NCBI GenBank assembly: GCA_965199955.1
Contig: CBDATQ010000002.1
Coordinates: 384,001 to 448,000, forward strand
Length of the DNA stretch: 64,000 nucleotides
Direction of reading: 5' to 3'
From: Spirochaetia bacterium
GTDB taxonomy: Bacteria; Spirochaetota; Spirochaetia; SZUA-6; Bin103
The notes beneath the pieces are model-generated. The model saw nothing but the letters and a program-made list of their open reading frames with translations. It did not search any database and had not been told where the DNA came from. Below are positions 49,071 through 57,830 of the stretch, one piece after another. The number at the start of each line of letters is the position of its first letter. The stretch's first letter is position 1. A program made the position numbers and the translations under genes.

Positions 49071-51464
49071 TCAAAGGATGATCTCGACGATCTGTTCCAT
49101 CGTGCCGACCGGATGGAAGCTGATGCCGCGCCGTACGCGTTCGGGGATGTCCGCGAGATCCATCTCGTTCGCCCGAGGGACGATGATCTCACGGATGCGG
49201 TTGCGCTGGGCAGCGATCACCTTCTCCTTGAGTCCGCCGATCGGCAACACGTCGCCCACCAGCGACAGCTCGCCGGTCATGGCCAGCGAGCGCGCCAGCC
49301 GTGCTCCGCACGCCAGCGACAGCAGCGCCGATGCCATGGTGATGCCGGCCGACGGCCCATCCTTGGGGGTGGCTCCGGCCGGGAGGTGCACGTGGATCCG
49401 TTGCTCGTCGAAGAAGGCGTCGTCGATGCCGAGCCGCCGCGCCGCCTGACGGGTCCAGGAATAGGCGATGCTCGCCGACTCCTGCATGACGTCTCCCAGT
49501 TGTCCGGTCAGCTTGAAGCCGCCGCGGCCCCTGGTGCCCACCGCCTCGACGGTCAGCACGGCGCCGCCAAGCGGCGTCCATGCCAACCCGGTGGCGGTGC
49601 CGACGCGCATGGAGCGCCGCCGGTCGTGGTCCCGGAACAAGGGCTTGCCGAGGTAGTCGCCGACGTGATCGCGGTCGATCACGAAGCGCGCGCCGTTGGC
49701 CGAACTTCCGTTGCCTGAAGCCGGACCCGTGTCCGAGACCGGACCGGTCTCCACCACGGTGCGGGCTATCTTGCGGTGGATCTTGTCCAGCGCCTTCTCG
49801 AAGTTGCGTACGCCCGCCTCACGGGCATAGCCGTCGGCGATCTTCAGCAGCGCGGCGCGCCGGTAACGCACCGAGCCGTGGTCCAGTCCGGCGCGGGAGA
49901 GCGACTTGGGGATGATGAAGCGGCGGGCGATCTCCAGCTTCTCGGTGTCGATGTAGCCGGAGAGGCGGATCATCTCCATGCGGTCCAGCAGCGGCGCCGG
50001 GATCGTGTCCTGGGTGTTGGCGGTGGCGATGAACAGCACGTCGGAGATGTTGAACGGCAGGTCGAGATAGTGGTCGCGGAACGCCGCGTTCTGCTCGGGG
50101 TCGAGCACCTCCAGCAATGCCGAGGACGGGTCACCCTGGAACGACATGCCGAGCTTGTCGATCTCGTCGATCATGAACACCGGGTTGCGCGCTTTCACGA
50201 TGCGCAGTCCCTGGATGATCTTGCCCGGCATGGCGCCCACGTAGGTGCGGCGATGGCCCTTGATCTCGGCCTCGTCACGCATGCCGCCCACGGAGAAGCG
50301 GAAGAACTCGCGGCCCAGGGCGCCGGCGATGGAGCGGCCGATCGAGGTCTTGCCGACGCCGGGCGGACCCACCAGCCCCAGGATCGAGCCGCGGCTTGCG
50401 GGGTTGAGCTTGCGCACCGCCAGGTACTCGAGCATCCGCTCCTTGACGTCGTCGAGTCCGTAGTGGTCGGCGTCGAGCGCGGCGGCGGCGCGCTTCAGGT
50501 CGATCTCTTCCGGCGCAGGGTCCGCCCACGGCAGCGTGGCGATCGTGTCCAGGTAGTTGCGCGTGACCACGAACTCGGCCGAGCCGGGATCCATGAGCGC
50601 GAACTTCTCCAGCTCGTCCGACACGCGCTCGGCCACCTCGCGTTCGAGCTGGAGCGATTCGAAGGCTTCCTTGAAGCGCTGGTACTCGTCGGTCTTGGCA
50701 TCGACCGCCATGCCGAGCTCGGCCTTGATCGCCTTCAGCTCCTCCTTCAGAAAGTACTGCCGCTGGCTCTTGGAGATCTTCTCCTCCAGCTCGCCCTGGA
50801 TCCGCTTCTGGATCTTCAGCAGCTCCTGCTCCTTCTTGATGAAGACCAGCACCTGTTCCATCCGCTCGCGCACGTCCAGCTCCTCCAGGACGCGCTGCTG
50901 CTGTTGGCGGTCGATGTTCAGGATCGAAGCCAGGAAGTCCGCGATCTTCCCCGGCTGGTCGATGTTCACCATGTTCAGCCGCATCTCTTCGGAGAACAGC
51001 GGGTTGCCCTCGGATACCTGCTTCATCTCGGAGATCAGCGCCCGCGCCAGGGCCTGCACCTCGTCACTGTCGAGGTTCGTGTCGTCCAGAGGCTGTACGG
51101 CAGCCACCAGCGGAGGGCCGGCGTCCAGGACCTTCGCGATCCGGAAGCGGGTGATGGTGGAGATGAACACGTTCAGCCCACCGTCGGGCAGATTGATCTT
51201 GCGGACGACCTTGGCGGCCGTTCCCACCCCGTGCAGCCGGTCGGGAGCGGGCTGTTCGTCATCCACGTCGCGCGTCAGCACCAGCCCGAGGAACCCACCG
51301 AGCTCCAGCGCGGCGCTGACGGTCGCGGTCTGGGCGCCGGGCGATGCCACCAAGGGCGTCAGCAGGCCGGGGAAGATCGGCTTGCCGGTCAGGGGGAGCA
51401 CGACCAGGCGGTTGGGGAGCGTGCGTGCCGCGGGGACGACCTGCCCTGGCGGAAACGGCGGCAT
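49071..51464 (-). CDS. lon: ATP-dependent protease La
   Basis: GPPGVGKT, GHRRTYVGAMPG, IDEIDK, PKDGPSAG, GGLKEK. Confidence 0.98.
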   Translation of the reverse strand: MPPFPPGQVVPAARTLPNRLVVLPLTGKPIFPGLLTPLVASPGAQTATVSAALELGGFLGLVLTRDVDDEQPAPDRLHGVGTAAKVVRKINLPDGGLNVFISTITRFRIAKVLDAGPPLVAAVQPLDDTNLDSDEVQALARALISEMKQVSEGNPLFSEEMRLNMVNIDQPGKIADFLASILNIDRQQQQRVLEELDVRERMEQVLVFIKKEQELLKIQKRIQGELEEKISKSQRQYFLKEELKAIKAELGMAVDAKTDEYQRFKEAFESLQLEREVAERVSDELEKFALMDPGSAEFVVTRNYLDTIATLPWADPAPEEIDLKRAAAALDADHYGLDDVKERMLEYLAVRKLNPASRGSILGLVGPPGVGKTSIGRSIAGALGREFFRFSVGGMRDEAEIKGHRRTYVGAMPGKIIQGLRIVKARNPVFMIDEIDKLGMSFQGDPSSALLEVLDPEQNAAFRDHYLDLPFNISDVLFIATANTQDTIPAPLLDRMEMIRLSGYIDTEKLEIARRFIIPKSLSRAGLDHGSVRYRRAALLKIADGYAREAGVRNFEKALDKIHRKIARTVVETGPVSDTGPASGNGSSANGARFVIDRDHVGDYLGKPLFRDHDRRRSMRVGTATGLAWTPLGGAVLTVEAVGTRGRGGFKLTGQLGDVMQESASIAYSWTRQAARRLGIDDAFFDEQRIHVHLPAGATPKDGPSAGITMASALLSLACGARLARSLAMTGELSLVGDVLPIGGLKEKVIAAQRNRIREIIVPRANEMDLADIPERVRRGISFHPVGTMEQIVEIIL

Positions 51465-51477
51465 GCATGCAAGGTAG

Positions 51478-51584
51478 GGAGCTTGTCGCTTGCGCGCCAA
51501 CCCCTCGCCCGCACACCGCTGCCTGTGGCAGCGCTGTGCGCCCAGCCGTGCCTTCCCATAGGAGCTTGTCGCTGGCGCGCCAAC
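51478..51584. repeat. 24-bp direct repeat pair (1 mismatch) in the lon-recO divergent intergenic region
   Basis: GGAGCTTGTCGCTTGCGCGCCAAC 51478-51501 and GGAGCTTGTCGCTGGCGCGCCAAC 51561-51584. Confidence 0.85.
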
Positions 51585-51617
51585 TTCCTATGGTGCGGAA
51601 TCGCTCGTGCCCGTGCC

Positions 51618-52367
51618 CTGACGCGCCGCCACCTCGTCTCGCCGGCTCTCGTTCTGCGCACGACTCCGGTCGGCGAGATCAACCGGTTGGTAACGTTCCT
51701 CAGCCCTTCGTTCGGGCTGGTGCGCGCGATGGCGTACGGGGCCGCCAAGACGACCAGCCGCTTGCGCCTGACCACGCTGCTGTTCATACACGCCGACCTG
51801 CGCCTGTACCGCGATCCGGTCAAGGATCAGTACAAGATCACGGAGATCACCTGCCGGGACGAGTTCGGGGGCATTCGCGCAAGCGTGCCGCGCTACTTCG
51901 CAGCATCTCTGTGGGCGGAGGTGGTGCTCCGGTCGCCCGGCGCGGCGGATGCGGCCGACCTGTACGGGTTGCTGCTCGGCTGCCTGCTGGCGCTGCATTC
52001 GTCCGACCGGGACGCACAGCGCGCCCTGTCCGTCCAGTTCATCTGGCGCTACCTCGGCTACTCCGGCCTGCAACCCGAGCTGCATGTCTGTGCGGCGTGC
52101 GACCGGGCGCTGGCGCCGTCGGTGCCCGGTTACCTGTCCGATCGGTACGGTGACATGCGTTGCGCGGACTGCTCGTCCCCCGCCGATGCGGCGTTCAGCC
52201 CGGGCGCGCGCGCCTACCTCAGCCACACGGAACGGCTCACCCCGGACCGGGCCGCGGCGGTGCGCCTGCAGGACGACCGGGTGCTGGCCAGCGTCATGTA
52301 TCGCATGGTGCAGCGCGCGCTCGATGCGCCGCTGACGGCACTGCAGTCCGGCATGGGCGTTCTGTGA
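51618..52367 (+). CDS. recO: DNA repair protein RecO; start uncertain (possibly CTG)
   Basis: ALVLRTTPVGEINRLVTFLS...GLVRAMAYGAAK..SRL; GLQPEL..CAAC...CADC zinc finger. Confidence 0.9.
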   Translation: MTRRHLVSPALVLRTTPVGEINRLVTFLSPSFGLVRAMAYGAAKTTSRLRLTTLLFIHADLRLYRDPVKDQYKITEITCRDEFGGIRASVPRYFAASLWAEVVLRSPGAADAADLYGLLLGCLLALHSSDRDAQRALSVQFIWRYLGYSGLQPELHVCAACDRALAPSVPGYLSDRYGDMRCADCSSPADAAFSPGARAYLSHTERLTPDRAAAVRLQDDRVLASVMYRMVQRALDAPLTALQSGMGVL

Positions 52368-52915
52368 TGGCGCGCGTGTTCTTCGGCCTGCCGGTGCCGG
52401 ACGGCGCACGGGACCGCCTGGCGGCGTGGCGCTCGGCGGTCGGCGCGGAGCTGCCGGACGCACGGCTGATCGTCCCGGCCGATCTGCACGTGACGCTGCA
52501 TTTCGTCGGCGAGGTGGATGACGAGGAGGCGGGCAGGCTGAGTGGGATCTGCCGGGAGGTCGCCGGGCAGGCGGCGCCGGTGGCGGCGACGTTCATGGGG
52601 CTAGGGCTGCTGCCGTCGCCTTCACGGCCGCGCGTGGTGCATCTCGGCGTGGAGGACGGCGCCGACGAGCTGGGCGCGCTGGCAGGGGCGCTCCGCCTGC
52701 GGCTTGGCGCGAGCGAGGGCCGGAGGTTCCTGGCCCACGTCACCCTGGCGCGCGTGCGCCGCGTTCCGCGGCAGGCGGGGGAACGCCTCTGCCGGCTGCG
52801 TCTGCCGCCGGCACGCGGCACGTTCCGTTCGCTGGTGCTCTTCCAGTCGGAGCTGCTGCCGGGGGGCGCGGCCTACCTTCCGCTGCAGACGGCCGACCTG
52901 GACGGCGCCGCGTGA
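52367..52915 (+). CDS. thpR: RNA 2',3'-cyclic phosphodiesterase (2H family)
   Basis: Two HxT motifs (LHVTLHFVG, AHVTLAR), LFQSEL..GGAAY. Confidence 0.92.
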   Translation: MARVFFGLPVPDGARDRLAAWRSAVGAELPDARLIVPADLHVTLHFVGEVDDEEAGRLSGICREVAGQAAPVAATFMGLGLLPSPSRPRVVHLGVEDGADELGALAGALRLRLGASEGRRFLAHVTLARVRRVPRQAGERLCRLRLPPARGTFRSLVLFQSELLPGGAAYLPLQTADLDGAA

Positions 52916-54609
52916 ACGGGGACACCGCCGGCGGCTGGACGCTGCCGAGCGCCGAGTCCTCCACGGTCCGCGCGCTGGCCGGCCGGCACACCCTGGATCC
53001 GCTCCTTGCGGCGGTGCTGGTACGACGCGGCATCACGGCGGCGGCGGATGTGGAAGCGTTTCTCGGGCGCGGCCCGCTGCCGTCGGTTCGGATCGACGGC
53101 ATGCCGGCGGCGGTGGAGCGTATCGGCCGCTGCGCGGGCCGGCAGGTGTTCGTGTACGGCGACCCGGACGTGGACGGCATCGCCGCGACGGCGATCATGG
53201 TCGAGCTGCTTCGCCGGGCAGGCGCGCAGGTGCGATGGCGGATTCCGCCGGGCGGACGCCACGGCGTGCCCGACGGCGGGGTGCGGGAGGCTCTCAACGC
53301 CGGTGCGGCGCTCGTGGTCTGCGTGGACTGCTCGATCGGGCCGGCAGAGTCTCGGGAAGCGACCCGGAGCGGCATCGACGTGCTCGTCGTCGACCATCAC
53401 TCGCCGTTCGAGTCGCTGCCGGAGACGGCGCTGGTGGTCAATCCCTCGCTCTCGGGACGAAGGGGGTCGGATGTCCTGGCGGCCGGGGCGGTCGCGCTGA
53501 AGCTCGCCGAGGCGGTGCGTCGGGCGCAGGAGGGGGGCGGCGCGGACCCCGTGGCCGCCGCGCAGCTTCCCTATGATCTGGCGATGCTCTCAACGCTCGC
53601 CGATCGCATGCCGCTCACCGGCGAGAGCCGGCGAATCACCGCTCTCGGGCTCGACATGCTGGCTAAGTCCGACCGTCCGGGGCTTCTGGAGCTGTGGCTG
53701 CGGGTGGGACGCTCCATGCCGGTGCCCACCGCCGATCAGGTCAGCCGCACCCTGAATCCCGTGATCGGCTCGGCCGCCCGTTACGGAGAGGGCGATCACG
53801 CCGTGCAATTGCTGGTGAGCCGGGAGCGGGGCGAGTGCGCGGAGTTGTCGGATCGCATGCAGGAGCTCGATGCGCGCCGTAGGAGAGAGAGCGGGGCTGC
53901 CTGGAACCGGTTGCTGCCGGGGGCGCGCCGACTCGCGCGCGAATGCCCGGAGGCGTGCTGTCTGGTGGTCGACGATCGGGAACTGGCGCGGGGACTCACC
54001 GGACCGCTCGCCTACCGACTGAGCCGCTTTCTGGACCGGTCGGTGGCGGTCGTCGCCCACGATGACGGCCTGATCTCCGGCTCCATCCGCAGCCCCGACA
54101 GTGGCGCGAACGCGCTGCTGCTCCTGTCCGACGCGGACGGCCTGCTCACTTCGCGCGGCGGCCACCGAAGCGCCGGAGGCTTCATGGCGCCTGCGGAGAC
54201 TCTCACCGAGTTGCGGCGGCGCTGGTCCGGCCCGCGCCCCGGCGCCGCGCGCGTCAGGCACGACCCGGCGCGGGTGTTGGATGCCGAGGTTCCGGCCCGC
54301 GAGTTGACGCCGGCACTGGACCGACTCGTCGCGGCGGTCGAGCCGACCGGCATCGGCAATGGGCCGCTGGCGCTCAGGACGCGCGGACTCGAGGTGTCGG
54401 AGGTGAGCCTGTTCGGCCGTGCCTCCGAGCACTGCAGGCTGTTGCTGGATGCCGGAGCGTATCGATGGCCGGCGCTGTATTGGGGCGCCGGCCACCGGGC
54501 AGGAGAGTTCGTCCCGGGCGACACCGTTGACGTGGTGTACCGACTGGACCCGGATTACTCGGACGGCGAACGCCGGCTGCATATGGTTGTGCTCGACCTG
54601 TACCGATGA
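52912..54609 (+). CDS. recJ: Single-stranded DNA exonuclease RecJ (DHH/DHHA1)
   Basis: YGDPDVDG, CVDC, VVDHH, TLADRMPL, GSIRS, GGHRSAGG, EPTGIGN. Confidence 0.88.
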   Translation: MNGDTAGGWTLPSAESSTVRALAGRHTLDPLLAAVLVRRGITAAADVEAFLGRGPLPSVRIDGMPAAVERIGRCAGRQVFVYGDPDVDGIAATAIMVELLRRAGAQVRWRIPPGGRHGVPDGGVREALNAGAALVVCVDCSIGPAESREATRSGIDVLVVDHHSPFESLPETALVVNPSLSGRRGSDVLAAGAVALKLAEAVRRAQEGGGADPVAAAQLPYDLAMLSTLADRMPLTGESRRITALGLDMLAKSDRPGLLELWLRVGRSMPVPTADQVSRTLNPVIGSAARYGEGDHAVQLLVSRERGECAELSDRMQELDARRRRESGAAWNRLLPGARRLARECPEACCLVVDDRELARGLTGPLAYRLSRFLDRSVAVVAHDDGLISGSIRSPDSGANALLLLSDADGLLTSRGGHRSAGGFMAPAETLTELRRRWSGPRPGAARVRHDPARVLDAEVPARELTPALDRLVAAVEPTGIGNGPLALRTRGLEVSEVSLFGRASEHCRLLLDAGAYRWPALYWGAGHRAGEFVPGDTVDVVYRLDPDYSDGERRLHMVVLDLYR

Positions 54610-54627
54610 TGAAGGGTGACACGCGGT

Positions 54628-54655
54628 TTGACACGACTGCGTCTCGCGCTATCAT
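54628..54655 (+). promoter_or_regulatory. Sigma70-type promoter of rpsU
   Basis: TTGACA 54628-54633, 16-nt spacer, TATCAT 54650-54655. Confidence 0.6.
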
Positions 54656-54712
54656 GAGGGATTGCGGAGTTGTTCGGCGCTGAGCCGGCGGCCCGCGAAG
54701 GAGGATCGAGTC

Positions 54713-54922
54713 ATAGCGTTCGTACAAGTCGGTGAAGAGGAGCTGCTCGAGAAGGCGCTGAAGCGATTCAAGAGGATCGTCGAGAAGGAAGGGATCGTCC
54801 GCGAGTGGAAACGGCGGGAATACTTCGAGAAGCCGTCGACCGTTCGCAACAAGCGGCGCAAGGCGATGGAGCGCAAGCGCCTGAAGAAGCTGCGCAAGAT
54901 CCAGACCCAACAGAAGCGCTGA
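54713..54922 (+). CDS. rpsU: 30S ribosomal protein bS21, apparent ATA start codon
   Basis: [10 protein letters not shown]...[14 protein letters not shown] 8 nt before ATA at 54713. Confidence 0.95.
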   Translation: MAFVQVGEEELLEKALKRFKRIVEKEGIVREWKRREYFEKPSTVRNKRRKAMERKRLKKLRKIQTQQKR

Positions 54923-55007
54923 GCACACCAGGCGCGGCCGGAGAGCGATCCGCTCGGCCGGTCGGTAGCCGTGGCGGCACCGCGACGGGAGCCGTGGCGA
55001 CCCCTGC

Positions 55008-55037
55008 TTGACGGGGAGCCGCCAGCCACGGTATTCT
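55008..55037 (+). promoter_or_regulatory. Sigma70-type promoter of initiator tRNA
   Basis: TTGACG 55008-55013, 18-nt spacer, TATTCT 55032-55037. Confidence 0.55.
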
Positions 55038-55055
55038 ACTCGTAAGACAAGAAGA

Positions 55056-55128
55056 CGCAGGGTAGAGCAGTTGGCAGCTCGTCGGGCTCATAACCCGGAG
55101 GTCGCAGGTTCGAATCCTGCCCCTGCTA
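55056..55128 (+). tRNA. tRNA-fMet(CAT), initiator
   Basis: C1:T72 mismatch, three consecutive G-C pairs in anticodon stem (GGG-CTCATAA-CCC), GGTTCGAATCC. Confidence 0.95.
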
Positions 55129-55314
55129 TTTCTCATCGCAGTGCGGTCGGCCCTGCGACGATCATCTGTCTGTGTCGTGGCAGGTGCCCGACATCTCCCC
55201 GATGTCCCGTTGCCGGCGTTCGCGCGCCGAAACCTGCCGGCAGTTGGAGCCCTGTCGGCAATCGGAGCGCATTAACCGGGATCTCGACCGCCCCGGGTCT
55301 CTGTACGGGAAAAG

Positions 55315-55387
55315 TAGCGGCGAAGGGACTCGAACCCCTGACCCAGCGGATATGAGCCGCTTGCTCTACCAACTGAGCTACGCCGCC
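55315..55387 (-). tRNA. tRNA-Met(CAT), probably elongator
   Basis: GGCGGCG/CGCCGCT acceptor, AGCGG-CTCATAT-CCGCT, GGTTCGAGTCC; lacks initiator features and the C4/C5 acceptor bases typical of Ile2. Confidence 0.9.
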
Positions 55388-55507
55388 ATGCGCTTGAGGT
55401 AAGCGCACTCGGGACGCGATGTCAAGCTCAGGTCCAATCGCCCGCGGCGTGTGTCCCGCGCCGGCACGTCTCGCCGGCGGCGGCAACGGGCACCGGGCCG
55501 TACCGAC

Positions 55508-57295
55508 ATGAAAGCCGTCGCCTTGAGCGAAGTGTCCGGCAGGGAGCGGCGCCGGCAGCAGCGGCTGATCATCATCGGGACGCTGGCGGCGGCGGTATGC
55601 GTCTTCTACGTGGTTCGCCTGATCGGCGGCGTCGAGCCGGTGGTCCGCCTCGGTGGTGCGGTCGCCGGCATCCCGGTCCGCCCGCTCGATCGCGTGCTCA
55701 TCCCGGTTGTGTCAGCCGGAATGCTGGCCGCCGGCTACTTCCTGGCCGGTGGCGTTTCCTACCGGTCGGCATGCCGGATGGCGTCGCTGGCGGCCTTCAC
55801 GCACGCGGTCACGGTTGCCACGCGCCCGTTCTCTTCCGAGTCCGTGCTCGCTCACCTGCTGGCGCAGGCGGGAACGCTCACTCCCTGGCTCCTGGCCATG
55901 GCGATCCTGGCAATGCCGCAGAGCCGCCTGTCGCGGCGCCTCCGGATTGCCACCGTCGCGGGCGGGCTGGTTTTTCCCGCGTTGATAGCGGTGTTCCACG
56001 TCGCGTCGTTCTCGGCGGCGGCCGGGGGAGACCCCGGCTGGCTGGCGCGTCACGAGCTCGCGGGCACCGTGGCCGATGTGGGTACGGCGGTCGCGCTGGT
56101 GATCACCCTGGGCCTGCTGATCAGGGCGTACCGCCGCGCGCGGAGACCTCATACGCGGGAACCCGTCCTGTGGACGATCGGCGGCATGCTGGTGTCGCTG
56201 CCCGCGTACCTGCTGCTGCGCCTTCCGGCTGACGTTGCGGAGATCGTCGTCCCCGTACCCGCCGGTGCGATTGCGGATCTTCTGCTGCTGCCGCTGCCGG
56301 CGTTCTTCCTGGTCGGTACCCGGCACATCCCCGGCGTCGACCAGCGCCGCGGGATCAACCGTTTCTGGGCGACGGCGATCGTCCTGGCGCTCCTGCTGCT
56401 GGTCGTCGCGGTCGCGGGCGACTACCCGCAGCAGCAGATCGAGGCCAGCTACGGGCTGAGCGACCAAGTCGCCGCGTTCCTGGTGCTCAGCCCGCTGTTC
56501 GTGGCGTTGCTCGTGCTCCATGCCGCTCTGGTGTGTGCGTTCGACCGAACGGGCGGCGCCACGCCCGCGCAGGCATCGGGGCGTGGCGGCGGGGGCGGCC
56601 CGCGCGGGGTGCGCGATCTGCGCGTGCTGACGCGCGCGCTACACCGCTCGCTCGGCGGCTCCATGACCGCGACCGCGGGCGTCCTGGATGCTCTGGAGGC
56701 CGAGCTGGAGGCCGAGCGCGACGGGACCCGATCACCGGCCGCCGCTCCGCTGCGGTTACCGGGCGGCGCGCTCGACACCATTCGCGGATTTCGCGAGAAG
56801 GCGCTCACCGTCCTGGCCGCGCTTCGCAGGCTCGATGACGGTACCAGGGCGGGCGGCGCGGTCGTCGCCGTGCAGGTCTCCGACCTGTTCGCGGCGGCGT
56901 ACCGGCGCGCCGGGCGGCGCAGCCACCTGCGGGTGGAGCTGACCGACGGGGGCGAGCTGGTCGTGGCCTGCGACCCCGGCGAGCTGTCGCGGGCTCTCGC
57001 CGAGTTGCTGGTGAACGCGGAGGAGGCGGGCGTTCGTGCTCGCTCACGGATTATCATGAGCGCCCGTGAACGTGGGAACGACATCGTGATCGAGATCCAG
57101 GACTCGGGCGCCCGCCCTCTCGGGCCGGGACGCTCGCGCGTGTTCGATCCGTTCTACTCGACCAAGCCCGGTCACGACGGACTGGGCCTCTACATCAGCC
57201 GAGCCCTGATCGAGCACAATGGCGGCTCGCTGGTGCTGGAGCGGGGAACGGACGGCACATGCGCGATCGTGACTCTGCAGGCGGCCGGTTCGTGA
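55508..57295 (+). CDS. Multi-TM sensor histidine kinase-like protein with degenerate H-box
   Basis: Many hydrophobic segments; ELLVNAEEA (N box), IQDSG, VFDPFYSTK, GLGLYIS. Confidence 0.8.
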   Translation: MKAVALSEVSGRERRRQQRLIIIGTLAAAVCVFYVVRLIGGVEPVVRLGGAVAGIPVRPLDRVLIPVVSAGMLAAGYFLAGGVSYRSACRMASLAAFTHAVTVATRPFSSESVLAHLLAQAGTLTPWLLAMAILAMPQSRLSRRLRIATVAGGLVFPALIAVFHVASFSAAAGGDPGWLARHELAGTVADVGTAVALVITLGLLIRAYRRARRPHTREPVLWTIGGMLVSLPAYLLLRLPADVAEIVVPVPAGAIADLLLLPLPAFFLVGTRHIPGVDQRRGINRFWATAIVLALLLLVVAVAGDYPQQQIEASYGLSDQVAAFLVLSPLFVALLVLHAALVCAFDRTGGATPAQASGRGGGGGPRGVRDLRVLTRALHRSLGGSMTATAGVLDALEAELEAERDGTRSPAAAPLRLPGGALDTIRGFREKALTVLAALRRLDDGTRAGGAVVAVQVSDLFAAAYRRAGRRSHLRVELTDGGELVVACDPGELSRALAELLVNAEEAGVRARSRIIMSARERGNDIVIEIQDSGARPLGPGRSRVFDPFYSTKPGHDGLGLYISRALIEHNGGSLVLERGTDGTCAIVTLQAAGS

Positions 57296-57756
57296 CCATC
57301 CACACTGACGGCGGCTGCCTCGGGAATCCGGGTCCCGGCGCCTGGGCCTACGTGGCCGAGACGGCGGACGGGCAGGCGCGCGACACGGGCTACGCGGCCG
57401 ACACGACGAACAACCGCATGGAGCTGCAGGCCGTGATCGAAGCGCTGCGGCTGGCGCGGGAGCGGGCCGACGGCAACGTGACGGTGATCACCGACTCGCG
57501 CTACGTCGAGGGCGGCATCAGCGAGTGGATCGCTCGCTGGGAAGCCAACGGCTGGAGGACCAAGGCGCGGTCTCCGGTCAAGAACCGTGAGCTCTGGCAG
57601 GAGCTGCAGGCGCTGAAGCGGGCGCTGGAGGGGCGCGGCCTTCGGGTCGCGTTCCGGCGCGTGCGCGGCCACGCCGGCGTCGAGCTCAACGAAGCCTGCG
57701 ACCGGCTGGTCCAGGAGACGATCGCCGCCGGGCGCAGGGGACGGCGCCCGAGCTAA
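57292..57756 (+). CDS. rnhA: Ribonuclease HI
   Basis: TDGGCLGNPGPG, TTNNRMEL, TDSRYV, VKNRELW, VRGHAG..NEACD. Confidence 0.97.
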   Translation: MTIHTDGGCLGNPGPGAWAYVAETADGQARDTGYAADTTNNRMELQAVIEALRLARERADGNVTVITDSRYVEGGISEWIARWEANGWRTKARSPVKNRELWQELQALKRALEGRGLRVAFRRVRGHAGVELNEACDRLVQETIAAGRRGRRPS

Positions 57757-57830
57757 AGCGCCACCGAACTCGGGATCGCTCTCTTCCATGACGGAAGCCG
57801 CACGAAGCGGCGCCCGGAGGAGAGCGACAG

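Noticed and set aside
49776..52367. 863-aa ORF as a RecO fusion
   Set aside because: The N-terminal 600 or so codons are antisense to lon; RecO similarity starts near 51618
55129..55314. Hammerhead or theta/HDV-like ribozyme after the tRNAs
   Set aside because: No CUGAnGA core on either strand, and no HDV-type nested pseudoknot starting at either tRNA 3' end that I could find by eye
55315..55387. tRNA-Ile2(CAT), substrate of the local TilS
   Set aside because: Acceptor stem GGCGGCG resembles elongator Met and lacks the C4/C5 bases typical of Ile2; not fully excluded without a covariance model
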